NCBI GenBank assembly: GCA_963748825.1
Contig: CAVVKN010000010.1
Location: 140,760 to 204,759, forward strand
Direction: 5' to 3'
Source of the DNA: Methanotrichaceae archaeon
Lineage (GTDB): Archaea; Halobacteriota; Methanosarcinia; Methanotrichales; Methanotrichaceae
DNA length: 64,000 bases
Position numbers and translations under genes: made by a program. Positions 19,771 through 31,644 of this stretch are shown piece after piece; position 1 is the stretch's first letter; the number at the start of each line of letters is the position of its first letter. The notes beneath the pieces are model-generated. The model did no database searches. It was not told the origin of the DNA and saw only the letters and a program-made list of their open reading frames with translations.

Positions 19771-21762
19771 TTACAGATCAATGCGTGGGATATTGTCTAC
19801 GGACTCTGGATTGGCCAGAGCAGACAGGTCTCCGGTCTCCTTTCCAAGAGCCTTGGCCTTGATGACACGGCGCATGATCTTGCCGGACCGGGTCTTGGGG
19901 ACATCCTTGACGAAGTAGACCTTGTCGGGGTAAGCGACGGGGCCCAGTACCTTGCGTACGTGGGTGGAGATCTCTTTCGCGAGCTCTGGAGACTCGGCAA
20001 CGCCATCCCTGAGAATGACGAAGGCCACGATCTTCTCGCCCTTGACTTCATCGGGCTGTCCGATGACTGCGGTCTCGGCGACCTTGGGGTGAGAAACGGC
20101 GGCGGACTCGACTTCTGCGTTGGAGATTCTGTGTCCAGCTACCTTCAGCACATCATCGATTCTGCCCTGGATCCACCAGTAGCCATCCTTGTCGCGGGTG
20201 GCCTTGTCTCCAGCCAGGTATGTGCCGGGCTTGGTCTGCCAGTACATCTCCCAGTATTCCTTCTGGTACCTGACGGTATCTCTGAAGAAGGCCCTGAGCA
20301 TGGACGGCCAGGGAGTCTTCTGGACGATGTTTCCGCCGTAGCCGAGTGGCACGGAGTTGGCATCCTCGTCGAAGATATCGGTGTTGAATCCGGGCAATGG
20401 GAAGCATACGGAGCCGGGCTTCTCGGGTGTCATGGCCAGAGGGGCAATGACGTGGCATCCGGTCTCAGTCTGCCACCAGGTATCAATGATTGGTGCCTGG
20501 TCTGCGCCGATGTTCTTCCTGTACCACATATAGGCTTCGGGGTTCAGAGGCTCGCCAACAGATGCCAGAATTCTGATTGAGGAAAGGTCGTACTTCTTCA
20601 CGAAGGCCTCGCCGGTCTTCATGAACATCCTGATGGCGGTTGGTGCGGTGTACAAGATAGATACGCCGTACTGCTCAATGATGGACCACCAGCGGCCCAG
20701 ATCGGGGAAGTCGGGAGATCCCTCGTAAAGGATGCTGGAAGCGCCGAGGCAGAGCGGGCCGTATACTACGTAGCTGTGGCCGGTGATCCAGCCGCAGTCT
20801 GCGGTGCACCAGAAGACATCGTGATCATGTATATCCAGTACCCAGGCAGAAGTCTGAGCCGGAGCTACGGCATATCCACCGTGGACGTGCTCAATACCCT
20901 TGGGCTTGCCGGTTGTGCCGGATGTGTACAGAATGAACAGCCTATCCTCTGGGTCAAGCTGAGCGGTCTCGCACACTGCGGACTGGCCAGCTACGAAATC
21001 ATTGTAGAAGACATCGCGTCCCTCGGTCATGGGAACGGTAACGCCTGTTCTCTTGACGACTACTACCTTCTTGACGGAGGGGGCAGTCTTCATGGCCTCA
21101 TCTACATTGGGCTTGAGGGGCAGTGGCTTGCCGCGCCTGTAGAAGCCATCGGCGGTGACGACAACCTTGGCCTCAGCATCGTTGACCCTGCTTGCCAGGC
21201 CACCGGAGGAGAATCCGGAGAAGACGATGGTGTGAATGGCTCCGATCTTGGCGCATGCCAGCATGGTGATGGGCAGTTCAGGGATCATAGGCAGGTATGC
21301 GACTACTCTGTCTCCCTTCACTACGCCAACGCTCTTGAGGGCATTGGCCATCTTGTTGACCTCTCTGTACAGCTCGTAGTAGGTGATGGTCCTGGTGTCG
21401 CCCACGGGCTCGCCGATGAAGTAGTAGGCTACCTTGTTCCGGTTTGCGGACTTGGCATGCCTGTCTACTGCGTTGTAGACTACATTGATCTTGCCGCCGG
21501 TGAACCACTTGTAGTAAGGCTTGCCGGAGTCGTCAAGAACCTGGGTGTAGGGCGTATACCAATCAGCGTAGGTCTTAGCCATCTCATCCCAAAACTCAAT
21601 GTAATTATCGGAGCACCACTTGCGCATCTCGGTCTCAGTCTTGAAGCCCTTCTTCTTCATCCACTGATACGCATTGGATTGCTCAATTATCGCCTGTGGG
21701 GTGTTGAAAATCCTGGTTTCTTCTTGCAGCGAAGCCGTTTTTGCTGTGTCAGCCAATTTCAT
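19771..21762 (-). CDS. acs: Acetyl-CoA synthetase (AMP-forming), paralog 1
   Basis: [20 protein letters not shown] and [11 protein letters not shown] motifs; AAGGAGG RBS. Confidence 0.97.
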   Translation of the reverse strand: MKLADTAKTASLQEETRIFNTPQAIIEQSNAYQWMKKKGFKTETEMRKWCSDNYIEFWDEMAKTYADWYTPYTQVLDDSGKPYYKWFTGGKINVVYNAVDRHAKSANRNKVAYYFIGEPVGDTRTITYYELYREVNKMANALKSVGVVKGDRVVAYLPMIPELPITMLACAKIGAIHTIVFSGFSSGGLASRVNDAEAKVVVTADGFYRRGKPLPLKPNVDEAMKTAPSVKKVVVVKRTGVTVPMTEGRDVFYNDFVAGQSAVCETAQLDPEDRLFILYTSGTTGKPKGIEHVHGGYAVAPAQTSAWVLDIHDHDVFWCTADCGWITGHSYVVYGPLCLGASSILYEGSPDFPDLGRWWSIIEQYGVSILYTAPTAIRMFMKTGEAFVKKYDLSSIRILASVGEPLNPEAYMWYRKNIGADQAPIIDTWWQTETGCHVIAPLAMTPEKPGSVCFPLPGFNTDIFDEDANSVPLGYGGNIVQKTPWPSMLRAFFRDTVRYQKEYWEMYWQTKPGTYLAGDKATRDKDGYWWIQGRIDDVLKVAGHRISNAEVESAAVSHPKVAETAVIGQPDEVKGEKIVAFVILRDGVAESPELAKEISTHVRKVLGPVAYPDKVYFVKDVPKTRSGKIMRRVIKAKALGKETGDLSALANPESVDNIPRIDL

Positions 21763-21913
21763 ACCTCCTTAAGATCAAGTGTTTCCCCAATCTGTTGTGT
21801 CCGGGCCTATTTGTGTAGAATCATTGCTTGTACCTCTCTTTTGCCTTTGCCCGGACAACCACTCGACAAAGCGCGGAATGGTTTTGGGAAACATCGGCTC
21901 AAAACCTACTTGA

Positions 21914-21937
21914 TCATTTATAAAGTTATCGCGATAA
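21914..21937 (-). promoter_or_regulatory. acs paralog 1 promoter (TATA box plus overlapping palindrome)
   Basis: Minus strand CGATAACTTTATAAATGA; palindrome TTATCGCGATAA at 21926-21937; near-identical to the acs paralog 2 promoter. Confidence 0.6.
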
Positions 21938-22143
21938 AAATCATAATGATCTTTCATCATAATGATTTTTCACTAAAGATATCAATTAGAGCAAATAATT
22001 AAATATGTTGTAACTGCCGACCCATTTTTCATTATCTTTTGTGATTAACAATGATTTAGAAATCTTTGCAACAAGAATTATGGCGATAAATTCCAGAATG
22101 AAACAGGACGCGAGAAATAAAAAAGAAAAAAGGTTTGTTCCGC

Positions 22144-24129
22144 TCACTTGATGAGCGGAATGGCCTCTACTGCATCGGGGTTAGCCAGAGCGGAAATATC
22201 TCCGGTGGGGTTGCCCAGTGCCTTGGCCTTGATGACGCGGCGCATGATCTTGCCGGACCTGGTCTTGGGCACATCGTTTACGAAGTAAATCGCCTCTGGG
22301 CTGGCTACTGGTCCCAGAGCGGACCTCACATGCTTAACCAGTTCCTTCTTCAGCTCATCGCTCTCCACGTTTCCTGTTCGGAGGGTGACGAAAGCCACGA
22401 TGACCTCGCCCTTGACTTCGTCGGGCTTGCCGATGACGGCTGCCTCGGCGACCTTGGGATGAGATACCAGTGCGGACTCAACCTCAGCGTTGGAGAGCCT
22501 GTGTCCTGCAACCTTCAGCACATCGTCGATCCTGCCCTGGATGGTGATATATCCATCCTTGTCCTTGGTGGCCTTGTCGCCGGCCAGGTATGTGCCGGGC
22601 CTGATCTGCCAGTACATATCCCAGTATTCTTTCTGGTAGCGGACGGTGTCTTTGTAGAAGGCACGGAGCATGGACGGCCAGGGTGTGTTGCTGACGATGT
22701 TGCCTCCGGAGCCTGCCGGCACGGGATTGGCATCCTCATCCAAGATATCGATGTTGAATCCGGGCAATGGGAATGTCGGGGATCCGGGCTTGAGCGGGGT
22801 GATGGGCAGAGGGGATATCAAGAAGCATCCTGTCTCAGTTTGCCACCAGGTGTCCATGATCTGCAGCTTGCCGCCGCCGAAGTTGTTTCTGTACCAGATC
22901 CAGGCCTCAGGATTGATGGGCTCGCCAACTGATCCAAGCAGCCTCAGGCATGAGATGTCGTACATCTTGGGCCACTGATCTCCAGCCTTCATGAACATCC
23001 TCACGGCTGTAGGTGCGGTGTAGAGTATAGACACCTTGTTCTCACTGATGATCTTGAACCACCTGCTGAAGTCGGGATAGTCAGGAGAACCCTCATAGAT
23101 CATGCTGGTAGCACCGAGGCAGAGTGGTCCATAAACCACGTAGCTGTGGCCGGTGATCCATCCTACGTCTGCTGTGCACCACCAGACGTCTGTGTCTTTG
23201 ATGTCGAAGACCCAGGAAAGTGTCTGAGCGGGAGTTACGCAGTAGCCGCCATGGACGTGCTCGATACCCTTGGGCTTGCCGGTAGTGCCGGAGGTGTATA
23301 GGATAAACAGCCGATCTTCGCCGTCCATCTTCTCGCTCTCGCACACATCAGACTGCTTGGCAACCAGTTCGTGGTACCAGACATCTTTGCCCTCTTTCAT
23401 TGGCACTTCTATGCCCGCCCTCTTCACCACAACTACGTTCTTGACGCTTGGGGTGTTGGAGGTAGCCTCATCCACATTAGGCTTGAGGGGCAGCGGCTTG
23501 CCGCGCCTGAAGAAACCGTCCGTGGTAATTACTACCTTGGACTCGGCATCGAGAACTCTGCTGTTCAGGCCGCCGGAGGAGAATCCAGAGAATACCACGC
23601 TGTGTATGGCGCCAATCTTTGCGCAGGCCAGCATGGCAATGGGTGTCTCGGGGATCATGGGCATATATATGCTAACTCTATCGCCCTTGACAACTCCCAG
23701 GCTCTTGAGGCCGTTTGCAAACTTGTTGACCCTCTTAGCCAGATCTGCATAGGTGATCTTCTGGGTAGGCTGATCGACGGGCTCGGGGACAAATATGTAG
23801 GCTACTTTATCTTTTTTAGCGCCTGCAGCATGCCTGTCCACAGCGTTGTAGGCCACATTAATCTTACCGCCCACGAACCACTTGGCATAGGGTGGCACCC
23901 AATTGAGAACCTGGGCATAGGGCTCAAACCAATCGGCATAGGTCTTGGCCATCTCATCCCAGAACTGCAAGTAATTCTGTCCGGTCCAGGCGCGCATCTC
24001 ACGCTCGGTCTTGAATCCCTTCTTCTTCATCCACGCCATGACATTGGAATTCTCAACGAGCTCCTTGGACGGCTCGAATACTCTCGTCTCCTCATAAAGA
24101 ACAGACGTTGTTGCTTTTTGCTCAGCCAA
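22144..24129 (-). CDS. acs: Acetyl-CoA synthetase (AMP-forming), paralog 2
   Basis: Same signature motifs; TTG start with GGAGG RBS. Confidence 0.97.
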   Translation of the reverse strand: MAEQKATTSVLYEETRVFEPSKELVENSNVMAWMKKKGFKTEREMRAWTGQNYLQFWDEMAKTYADWFEPYAQVLNWVPPYAKWFVGGKINVAYNAVDRHAAGAKKDKVAYIFVPEPVDQPTQKITYADLAKRVNKFANGLKSLGVVKGDRVSIYMPMIPETPIAMLACAKIGAIHSVVFSGFSSGGLNSRVLDAESKVVITTDGFFRRGKPLPLKPNVDEATSNTPSVKNVVVVKRAGIEVPMKEGKDVWYHELVAKQSDVCESEKMDGEDRLFILYTSGTTGKPKGIEHVHGGYCVTPAQTLSWVFDIKDTDVWWCTADVGWITGHSYVVYGPLCLGATSMIYEGSPDYPDFSRWFKIISENKVSILYTAPTAVRMFMKAGDQWPKMYDISCLRLLGSVGEPINPEAWIWYRNNFGGGKLQIMDTWWQTETGCFLISPLPITPLKPGSPTFPLPGFNIDILDEDANPVPAGSGGNIVSNTPWPSMLRAFYKDTVRYQKEYWDMYWQIRPGTYLAGDKATKDKDGYITIQGRIDDVLKVAGHRLSNAEVESALVSHPKVAEAAVIGKPDEVKGEVIVAFVTLRTGNVESDELKKELVKHVRSALGPVASPEAIYFVNDVPKTRSGKIMRRVIKAKALGNPTGDISALANPDAVEAIPLIK

Positions 24130-24312
24130 TTTTGTAACCTCCTTTTTGAATCCCTACGTGTTTCCAGACACCCTCTAAATCTGCCTGAATGCCTGCTCAT
24201 ATCCTCAGGACAGCCTTCCAGCACAATCTTTCCCAAATCATCTAAGACCGAAAGGCTCCGCGCACAGCAGGCTCCTGGGAACACTATAGTGATCGATAAT
24301 TATACTGGTTTT

Positions 24313-24340
24313 TCATTTATAAAGTTGTCGAGGTAACTTT
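24313..24340 (-). promoter_or_regulatory. acs paralog 2 promoter (TATA box plus imperfect palindrome)
   Basis: Minus strand CGACAACTTTATAAATGA, 17 of 18 identical to 21914-21931; AAAGTT-N8-AACTTT inverted repeat. Confidence 0.6.
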
Positions 24341-24501
24341 AATTAATGTTCGATTATTATCATTATTAATCTTCTTATTAGCAAAATTCCGAAATTATTT
24401 CGGAAACTTTGAGTGAATGGGACGCGCAAAATTATTATCGCATTTCAGGCAAAGACTGAAGAAAAAAGCAATAAGAAAAAAGAAAAAAAGAAGGTTCCCG
24501 C

Positions 24502-26493
24502 TCACGTGATGAGGGGGATGGCCTCTACTGCTTCGGGGTTAGCCAGGGCGGAGACGTCACCCGTGGGTTGGCCCATTGCTTTGGCCTTGATGACGCGGCG
24601 CATAATCTTGCCGGACCGGGTTTTGGGAACGTCCTTGACGAAGTAAATCGCCTCTGGACTGGCTAATGGTCCAAGGGCCGATCTCACATGCTTAACCAGC
24701 TCCTTCTTCAGCTCATCGGTCCCCTCGACCCCTCCTCTGAGGGAAACGAAGGCCACGATGACCTCGCCCTTGACCTGGTCGGGCTTGCCGATGACAGCAG
24801 CCTCGCCAACCTTGGGATGAGAGACGAAAGCGGACTCGACCTCAGCATTGGAGATTCTGTGGCCAGCTACCTTCAGCACATCATCGATTCTTCCCTGGAT
24901 GGTGAAGTATCCGTCCTTGTCCTTGGTGGCCTTATCGCCAGCCAGGTATGTGCCGGGCCTGATCTCCCAGTAGGTGGACCAATACTCCTTCTGGTACCTA
25001 ACCGTGTCTTTGTAGAAGGCCCTGAGCATGGATGGCCAGGGTGTATTGCTCACTATATTGCCGCCGGAGCCGGCTGGCACGGGGTTGGCATCCTCGTCCA
25101 GGATATCGATGTTGAATCCGGGCAGCGGGAAGGTCGCAGAGCCTGGCTTCAGGGGGGTAATGGGCAGAGGAGACACCAGGAATGTGCCTGTCTCAGTCTG
25201 CCACCAGGTATCCATGATCTGACATTTGCCGGCACCGAAGTGCTCTCTGTACCACATCCAAGCCTCGGGGTTAATGGGCTCGCCTACAGATCCCAGCAGC
25301 CTTATGCTGGAGATATCATAATCCTTGGCCCATTTCTCGCCGGCCTTCATGAACATCCTGATGGCCGTAGGTGCGGTGTAGAAGACGGAGACCTTGTTGT
25401 CCTGGATGATCTTGAAGAACCGACCAAAGTCCGGGAAGTCAGGAGCGCCCTCATACATCATGCTTGTTGCACCGAGGCAGAGAGGTCCATAAACTATGTA
25501 GGAGTGGCCTGTGATCCATCCGATATCGGCTGTGCACCACCAGACATCGCTATCCTTAATGTCGAAGACCCAATGCAAAGTCTGAGCCGGTCCCACGCAG
25601 TATCCGCCGTGAACGTGCTCGATACCCTTGGGTTTGCCGGTTGTGCCGGAGGTGTAAAGGATGAACAGCCGATCCTCAGAGTCCATCTTCTCGCACTCGC
25701 ATTCTTCGGACTTTCCGGCCACCAGGTCGTGCCAGTAGATGTCTCTGCCCGCCTTCATGGGCACTTCAAGTCCTGTCCTCTTGACCACTATTACATTTTT
25801 CACCGTTGGGGTATTGGCTGTGGCCTCGTCCACATTAGGCTTGAGGGGAATGGGCTTTCCACGCCGGTATAAACCATCGGTGGTTATCACAGCTTTGGCC
25901 TCGGCATCCATGATTCTGCTGTTAAGGCCGCCCGAAGAAAATCCGGAGAAAACGATGCAGTGAATGGCTCCGATCTTGGCGATGGCGAGCATGGCAATGG
26001 GCAGTTGGGGGATCATGGGCATGTACAACATGACTCTGTCTCCCTTCTGCACGCCCAGGCTCTTCAGGCCGTTGGCGAACTTGTTGACCTCTTTGTAGAG
26101 CTCTCCATAGGTGATCTTTTGGGTGGGCTGGTCAACGGGCTCAGGCACGAATATGTAAGCTACCTTGTCCTTTTTCGCGCCCAAGGCATGCCTGTCCACA
26201 GAGTTGTAGGCCACGTTGCACTTGCCGCCCACGAACCACTTGGCATAGGGCGGTATCCATTCCAGTGTCGAGGACCAGGGCTCAAACCAATCGGCATAGG
26301 TCTTGGCCATCTCGCCCCAGAACTGAATATAGTTAGCAGAGCACCAGAGGCGCAGCTCCCTCTCTGTCTTGAACCCCTTCTCCTTCATCCATTTCATGAC
26401 GTTGGAGTTATCTACGAGTTCCTTGCTCGGCTCGAATAATCTGGTCTCCTCATATAGCACTGATGTTTTTGCGGTTGCTTTTTGCTCAGCCAT
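24502..26493 (-). CDS. acs: Acetyl-CoA synthetase (AMP-forming), paralog 3
   Basis: Same signature motifs; AAGGAGG RBS. Confidence 0.97.
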   Translation of the reverse strand: MAEQKATAKTSVLYEETRLFEPSKELVDNSNVMKWMKEKGFKTERELRLWCSANYIQFWGEMAKTYADWFEPWSSTLEWIPPYAKWFVGGKCNVAYNSVDRHALGAKKDKVAYIFVPEPVDQPTQKITYGELYKEVNKFANGLKSLGVQKGDRVMLYMPMIPQLPIAMLAIAKIGAIHCIVFSGFSSGGLNSRIMDAEAKAVITTDGLYRRGKPIPLKPNVDEATANTPTVKNVIVVKRTGLEVPMKAGRDIYWHDLVAGKSEECECEKMDSEDRLFILYTSGTTGKPKGIEHVHGGYCVGPAQTLHWVFDIKDSDVWWCTADIGWITGHSYIVYGPLCLGATSMMYEGAPDFPDFGRFFKIIQDNKVSVFYTAPTAIRMFMKAGEKWAKDYDISSIRLLGSVGEPINPEAWMWYREHFGAGKCQIMDTWWQTETGTFLVSPLPITPLKPGSATFPLPGFNIDILDEDANPVPAGSGGNIVSNTPWPSMLRAFYKDTVRYQKEYWSTYWEIRPGTYLAGDKATKDKDGYFTIQGRIDDVLKVAGHRISNAEVESAFVSHPKVGEAAVIGKPDQVKGEVIVAFVSLRGGVEGTDELKKELVKHVRSALGPLASPEAIYFVKDVPKTRSGKIMRRVIKAKAMGQPTGDVSALANPEAVEAIPLIT

Positions 26494-26828
26494 TTTGAAC
26501 CTCCTTCATCAATTTATGTCTCTAAAACCCACTCAATCTGCTTTCTGTAAGCAAGTTTGCAAATAAACAAGCAAATATTGGGCTCCCTCTATATTTGGAG
26601 GGGGTCTTAGATGCATTATCAGGATTGATTATTTTCATGATTAATAAGCTTAATGGTGTACCAAGAAGATCGTCTTAAAAAGCCGAACTGGATACTCTGC
26701 TACAGGAGACTGTTTGTTCCGGCAGGCCATTTACCGTCATCGAATAGCTTTTTATGAGTTACCTATTTATATTTTTAAAATTTAATAAAAATATTTAAAT
26801 CATAAGAGACTCTTCGCGATTTAGCTAA

Positions 26829-28094
26829 TCACACCTGACCGGATACATAGAAGGGATTGCTGTCCGTCACTACAACCCGGACGATAGAGCCGGGCCTGGG
26901 GCGGCCTTTAACCACTATGCCCAGATAATTCTCTGCCCTGGCCTTCATGGTGCCATCCCGCCCTAGCTCTGTGACCCTGGCCTCCAAGACCTCGCCCTCG
27001 TATCTTTGATTTCTTTCTGCGGCGATCTTCAGCCACAGACGGGTCATCTCTCTTGATCTGTCCTTCTTGATGCGGTCCGGCATATCGTAGAGCCTGGCCG
27101 CCGGCGTGCCCGGTCGCGCCGAAAATCTGGTGATATTGACCTTATCCGGTTGCAAGCGCTTTATGAGGTTCATGGTCTCTATGAAGTCCCCATCGGTCTC
27201 GCCCGGAAAACCCACTATGACATCCGTGATTATAGTGATCTTTGGATGAGCCGATCGGAAGACGCTCACAAGCTCGAGAAAGTCCGCCGCCGAGTATCTG
27301 CGTCCCATGCTTCTCAGAATCCCCTCTGAGCCTGATTGGACCGGGATATGCAAGAAGCGGTATATTTTTGGGCTCCGGTACGCCCTTATTAGCTGATCTT
27401 TGATTAGAAGGGCACTATTGGGATTCATCATGCCCACGCGCAGCATGAAATCTCCCGGAACCTCAACCAACCTCTCCAGCAATTGCCCCAGATTTGTCCC
27501 GATATCCGATCCATAAGCTGCCGTGTCCTGGGCAGAGATCTGCACCTCTGCTGCTCCCAAAGCCGCCAGCTTTTCCACTTCGGTTACCACATCTTTCGCC
27601 CTGCAGCTCTTCAGCCTGCCCCTAGCCTTTGCAACTATGCAGTAGCTGCAGGAACCGTTGCACCCTTCTGCTACATTGACAATACCGCAGAGATCGTCCA
27701 AGGGGAATTGTCCATGGGGCAAGGCATTACGGGAAGAGCTATGCAGCAACTCATCCTGATATGTGATGAAAGATTCAGTAAAGAGATCCGAGATCCTGGC
27801 GGCCTCGCACCGATTCAGCAGTCCCAGTCGCTCCCGGCAGCTTATGCCGCCAATCGATTCCGGTATTGCGACGGGCAGGCATCCAGCCACTATCAGTCGC
27901 TCGCCTTGCAGCAGGCTCAGCCTTCGCAGAACCTTTCGCTCCGTCTTTTCCGTGACCGCACAGGTATTCACGATTACTGCATCTGCCTCCTGCAGAGAAG
28001 AAGGAATATGGCCCATCTCCTGCAACGCCCGGGCCAGATCCTGCGAGTTTCCCAGGTTAGCGGTGCAGCCGTAAGTCTCGATATAAAATTTCAT
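26829..28094 (-). CDS. tRNA threonylcarbamoyladenosine methylthiotransferase (e-MtaB, MiaB-like radical SAM)
   Basis: ETYGCTAN, NTCAV, GCLP and CNGSCSYC motifs; C-terminal TRAM domain. Confidence 0.88.
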   Translation of the reverse strand: MKFYIETYGCTANLGNSQDLARALQEMGHIPSSLQEADAVIVNTCAVTEKTERKVLRRLSLLQGERLIVAGCLPVAIPESIGGISCRERLGLLNRCEAARISDLFTESFITYQDELLHSSSRNALPHGQFPLDDLCGIVNVAEGCNGSCSYCIVAKARGRLKSCRAKDVVTEVEKLAALGAAEVQISAQDTAAYGSDIGTNLGQLLERLVEVPGDFMLRVGMMNPNSALLIKDQLIRAYRSPKIYRFLHIPVQSGSEGILRSMGRRYSAADFLELVSVFRSAHPKITIITDVIVGFPGETDGDFIETMNLIKRLQPDKVNITRFSARPGTPAARLYDMPDRIKKDRSREMTRLWLKIAAERNQRYEGEVLEARVTELGRDGTMKARAENYLGIVVKGRPRPGSIVRVVVTDSNPFYVSGQV

Positions 28095-29128
28095 GCTACT
28101 TCCGGGTTAGACATCTCTTCCCTTCGTACCTGATATATTCCTACTATTATGCCCATTATGGCAGGGGCGAGGAAGAAGCCGCCAATTCCGGCCACGAGAG
28201 CACCTCCCAAAAAGGAGAGCATTACCAGTAAGGGATGCAAGGAGGATTTAGCCGCTACCAGGTATGGCCGGATTAAGAGCTCCGAAGGCAGATAGATGAG
28301 TACGGAAGCCAGAAGGAAGAAAATGGCGGCGCCTTCCATTCCCACCTCGAAATATCGGTAAACGGTCACCGGAATGATAACTACCCAGGAGGTGAGGAAG
28401 GGGACCATTCCGGCCACGAATACAATGCTCGCCAGGGCAAAGGGTCTTGGCAGATTAAAGGCATAGAAAATGAAAGCGGCTATGATACTGCCGAATATTG
28501 AGGTATAAATCGTGCCGATGAAGATGCCGCTCAAGATATAATCGATGCGGCTTATGTATTTTCGATACGCCTCTTTCTCCCTTTGTGGCAGCAGGGATAT
28601 TATCGACTCCACAAAGCTCTCACCGTCCACCAGCACGAAGTAGCAGATGGGTATGGAGACGATAAAGTTGATAATTGCCAGAGAGGCGACTCTTCCGATG
28701 TGAAAGACGGGGATGGAAGCGGCAATGGGAGCAATGATGCTCGCCGCATTCTCCAGGCCGCTGGTCAATAGGTCCTTCATCCAGGGTGCCAGATCTCGAG
28801 AGGTCTGCTCCGTTAGAATGCTGAGCGCGGTTCTGATGGCCTCTTGATTCCTGGCCAGGATTAAGATCTGGTTGGCGATCTCAATCATTCCCAGGCCCAG
28901 GACGAAAAATATGGGTACGACTATGCATACGGCGGCAACCAATGATCCCAGCCGTTTCCTCTTGCCGAATTTATCCCGGATGGGCCTGCCCACGTAGGCG
29001 AAGACCGTGCCAAGGATTATGCCATCCAGAAAGGGAAAGAAAAAATAGGAGATCAAAAGCATCGAGGCCAAGGCTATGATCAGCATTCCTTTATGTTCAG
29101 AGCACCATTTACCGGGATCAATGTCCAT
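28091..29128 (-). CDS. AI-2E family (PerM-like) transporter
   Basis: Multi-TM protein with LIRPYL..KSSLHPLLVMLSFLGG...GIGGFFLAP motif. Confidence 0.85.
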   Translation of the reverse strand: MDIDPGKWCSEHKGMLIIALASMLLISYFFFPFLDGIILGTVFAYVGRPIRDKFGKRKRLGSLVAAVCIVVPIFFVLGLGMIEIANQILILARNQEAIRTALSILTEQTSRDLAPWMKDLLTSGLENAASIIAPIAASIPVFHIGRVASLAIINFIVSIPICYFVLVDGESFVESIISLLPQREKEAYRKYISRIDYILSGIFIGTIYTSIFGSIIAAFIFYAFNLPRPFALASIVFVAGMVPFLTSWVVIIPVTVYRYFEVGMEGAAIFFLLASVLIYLPSELLIRPYLVAAKSSLHPLLVMLSFLGGALVAGIGGFFLAPAIMGIIVGIYQVRREEMSNPEVA

Positions 29129-29187
29129 GTATTACACTGCAGAAGATATCCTGGTCTCCCTGATAGATATGAGTTATGCTAATAAAA

Positions 29188-30300
29188 TCAAGAGCCTGCC
29201 TGGGCCAGCATTTCCTCCAATTTTTCCAGGGGCCGGCCGGCGTCCAGGTTTTGTTCTGCCACCCAGGCTTTCAGCTTTTTTATGGGCTTGCCGCAATCGA
29301 TGATATCGGCGGCCTTGTCCATTCCCTCTTTGAGGTTTGATGTATGATCGGTTATGCAAAGCAGCGGGGCGGCATTAAGGCAAACGATGTCTCTCCGAAA
29401 GCTCCTGTCCTCCCCGGACAAGACCCTCAGCAGCTTTATGGCTTCTGCCTCTCTGTCGCTCTGGTAAAGGATAGATGATTCATCTGCTTCTCTTAGCCCC
29501 AGGTCCTGCGGGTTTATGGCATACTCTCGGATCGTTCCATCCTCGGTGAGCTCTGCTACGAGAGACCGGCCCAGGGTGGAGAGCTCATCCATGCCCCGTG
29601 CGTCATCCCGACTCCTGCCGTGCACGACAAAGGCTCTCTGGTAGCCAATTTCTTTCATGGCCTCTGCAATGGGTTGCACCATTTTCTCAGAATAGACGCC
29701 CCGCACGGCGTAAGCTGGCTTGGCGGGGTTAGCCAGAGACCCGGCCACATTGAGAACGGTGCCGAATCTGATCTGAGATAAAATCCTGTAAAGGGCGGAG
29801 GGGTGCACTTTGGCGCTCATGCCGTTGAAGATGCCGATGCCGGCACGCTCAATGCTTCTTTTCACCAGATCAGCGTCACACTCCACATCGACCCCGAGAG
29901 TCTCCAGGATATCAACGGCGCCGCACTTTGAGGTTATGGCCCGCGCTCCATGTTTGGCCATGATTATGCCGTCGGCGGCAGCCACCAGCGATGCGGCGGT
30001 GCTGATATTGAAGGTCTTGACAGCGTCCATGCCAGTGCCGCAATTCTCCACCAGAGGGCCGTCTACATTGGGATGAACCTTAACGGTATCGATCTCGTAA
30101 ATGGCTTCCCAGATGCCGGCAATTTCCTGAGCCGTTGCGCCCTTGGCGGTTATGGCGGCGAGAAATGCACCCTGCTGCAAATCCGGCTGCTCGTTATTCA
30201 AAATCTGCTTGAAAAGAAATGACGCATCTTCTCTTGTCAGGTTGCTGCCCTTAATCATGGCGTCCACACGGCTGCCAAAATACCTCAAACTCTCTTCCAT
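29188..30300 (-). CDS. Anthranilate phosphoribosyltransferase-like protein (divergent TrpD)
   Basis: CGTGMD, TFNIST, KHGAR, NP and DE motifs; several canonical residues changed; no other trp genes nearby. Confidence 0.8.
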   Translation of the reverse strand: MEESLRYFGSRVDAMIKGSNLTREDASFLFKQILNNEQPDLQQGAFLAAITAKGATAQEIAGIWEAIYEIDTVKVHPNVDGPLVENCGTGMDAVKTFNISTAASLVAAADGIIMAKHGARAITSKCGAVDILETLGVDVECDADLVKRSIERAGIGIFNGMSAKVHPSALYRILSQIRFGTVLNVAGSLANPAKPAYAVRGVYSEKMVQPIAEAMKEIGYQRAFVVHGRSRDDARGMDELSTLGRSLVAELTEDGTIREYAINPQDLGLREADESSILYQSDREAEAIKLLRVLSGEDRSFRRDIVCLNAAPLLCITDHTSNLKEGMDKAADIIDCGKPIKKLKAWVAEQNLDAGRPLEKLEEMLAQAGS

Positions 30301-30380
30301 TATACTGTCTCCGCATTGCTAAAATGCTCTTCGCTATTTCTAGTAGCTAACCTCAGATTACTATGGTTTTCCCGTTGTTA

Positions 30381-30514
30381 GTAGTTCGTCTCTGTGCGTT
30401 CTCTGTGAACTCTGTGCCTCTGTGGTGGAAAACGCCGTTAACCACTGGTTATAACCAAATGGTTACGGACTACAATCACCACAGAGACACAGAGCGCACG
30501 GAGGACTCACAGAG
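30381..30514. repeat. CTCTGTG/CACAGAG heptamer inverted-repeat element (large palindrome)
   Basis: Four CTCTGTG units at 30390-30427 face CACAGAG units at 30477-30514 around a palindromic core GGTTATAACC. Confidence 0.8.
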
Positions 30515-30564
30515 GCCTCAATTATTCTATTACCAACTCGATACAGCGAGGAACCCCACAATAT

Positions 30565-31608
30565 TCAAATTAGAACAACCGATTTCAACCCGGTTCTCTG
30601 GGACGAGTGGGAAAATGCGTCCTCAATTCTGGCAAGAGATGTCCTCCTGGTGACGATCCAGTCGGCCTTGATCTTGCCAGAGGTCAAAAGCTCTACAGCC
30701 TGCCGGTTATGCTGGCTGGAGCAGCCGTAGGCCCCGGTGATGGCAAGCTCATGGTAGTGAATTGAGCGGATGTCAATCTGCTCTTGATAGTTTCCCGGAG
30801 CCGGCCCGGAGAAGATGCAGATTCTTCCTCCCGGGGAGAGCAGCTTGAGAAGATCGTTATCCACCCGGACGGCCGGAGTGGCGGTGAGGATGACGTCCAC
30901 GCCTGCTCTTCCGATCTCTGCGGCCAGGACGGTTTTCCCAGACTCTTCCGACGGATTGACGACCAAAGCGCAGGTGTGTCTTTCCAGCAGGTGGATGCGG
31001 CCGGGCAATCTTTCAGCTATTATTATCTTCTTGGCTCCATGAAGCTCGGCTAAAAGAGCATGCAGAGCGCCGATGGGCCCGCCACCGTAGATGAGAACGC
31101 GGTCGCCCTTAGAGACGCAGGCCTGCTCCTGGCCGTTGATGCAACAGGCTAAAGGCTCTGCCAGAGCGGCCAGAGCCGGATCAGATCCGTGGGGCAGCAG
31201 GTTCACGCCGCCTGGAAGGCTCTGCATGGGCAAGGCCAAGAGCTGTGCAAAGCCCCCATCGCAGTTGAATCCCATGATTTTTATGTCGGGGCAGCGGTTG
31301 TTGGCTCCCCGCTGGCACGGCCCGCACTTTTCGCAGGCGATGCCCGGCCAGACCTGTACCAGGTCACCCTCGGCCAGGCTGATGTCCGCATCGACATTAC
31401 AGCCCATCTCCATGATCCTACCCACCATCTCGTGCCCCAGAACGCGCGGGTAGGAGAGGTCCCGGTGGCCCTGCTCTTTCATTTTGATATCTGTGCCACA
31501 GACGGCGCAGGCTAAGATCTCCAGAAGGGCTCCGCCTTTGGGGCACAGCGGATCAGGCAGGTCGTCCAGATCCATAACTCCCGGAGCCTTTAGAACAGCA
31601 GCTTTCAT
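30565..31608 (-). CDS. Zn-dependent medium-chain dehydrogenase (sorbitol/threonine DH-like)
   Basis: CGTD, GHE, CEKCGPC..NRC structural Zn site, EPLAC and GGGPIG motifs. Confidence 0.9.
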   Translation of the reverse strand: MKAAVLKAPGVMDLDDLPDPLCPKGGALLEILACAVCGTDIKMKEQGHRDLSYPRVLGHEMVGRIMEMGCNVDADISLAEGDLVQVWPGIACEKCGPCQRGANNRCPDIKIMGFNCDGGFAQLLALPMQSLPGGVNLLPHGSDPALAALAEPLACCINGQEQACVSKGDRVLIYGGGPIGALHALLAELHGAKKIIIAERLPGRIHLLERHTCALVVNPSEESGKTVLAAEIGRAGVDVILTATPAVRVDNDLLKLLSPGGRICIFSGPAPGNYQEQIDIRSIHYHELAITGAYGCSSQHNRQAVELLTSGKIKADWIVTRRTSLARIEDAFSHSSQRTGLKSVVLI

Positions 31609-31644
31609 GATCGGGATAAATTGTGCGGGTATTTTGCCGTAGCT

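Noticed and set aside
19759-26439. Long + strand ORFs opposite the acs genes (also opposite purB, cobT and the GHMP gene)
   Set aside because: Antisense shadow ORFs produced by codon bias; no motifs, and they fully overlap well-supported genes.
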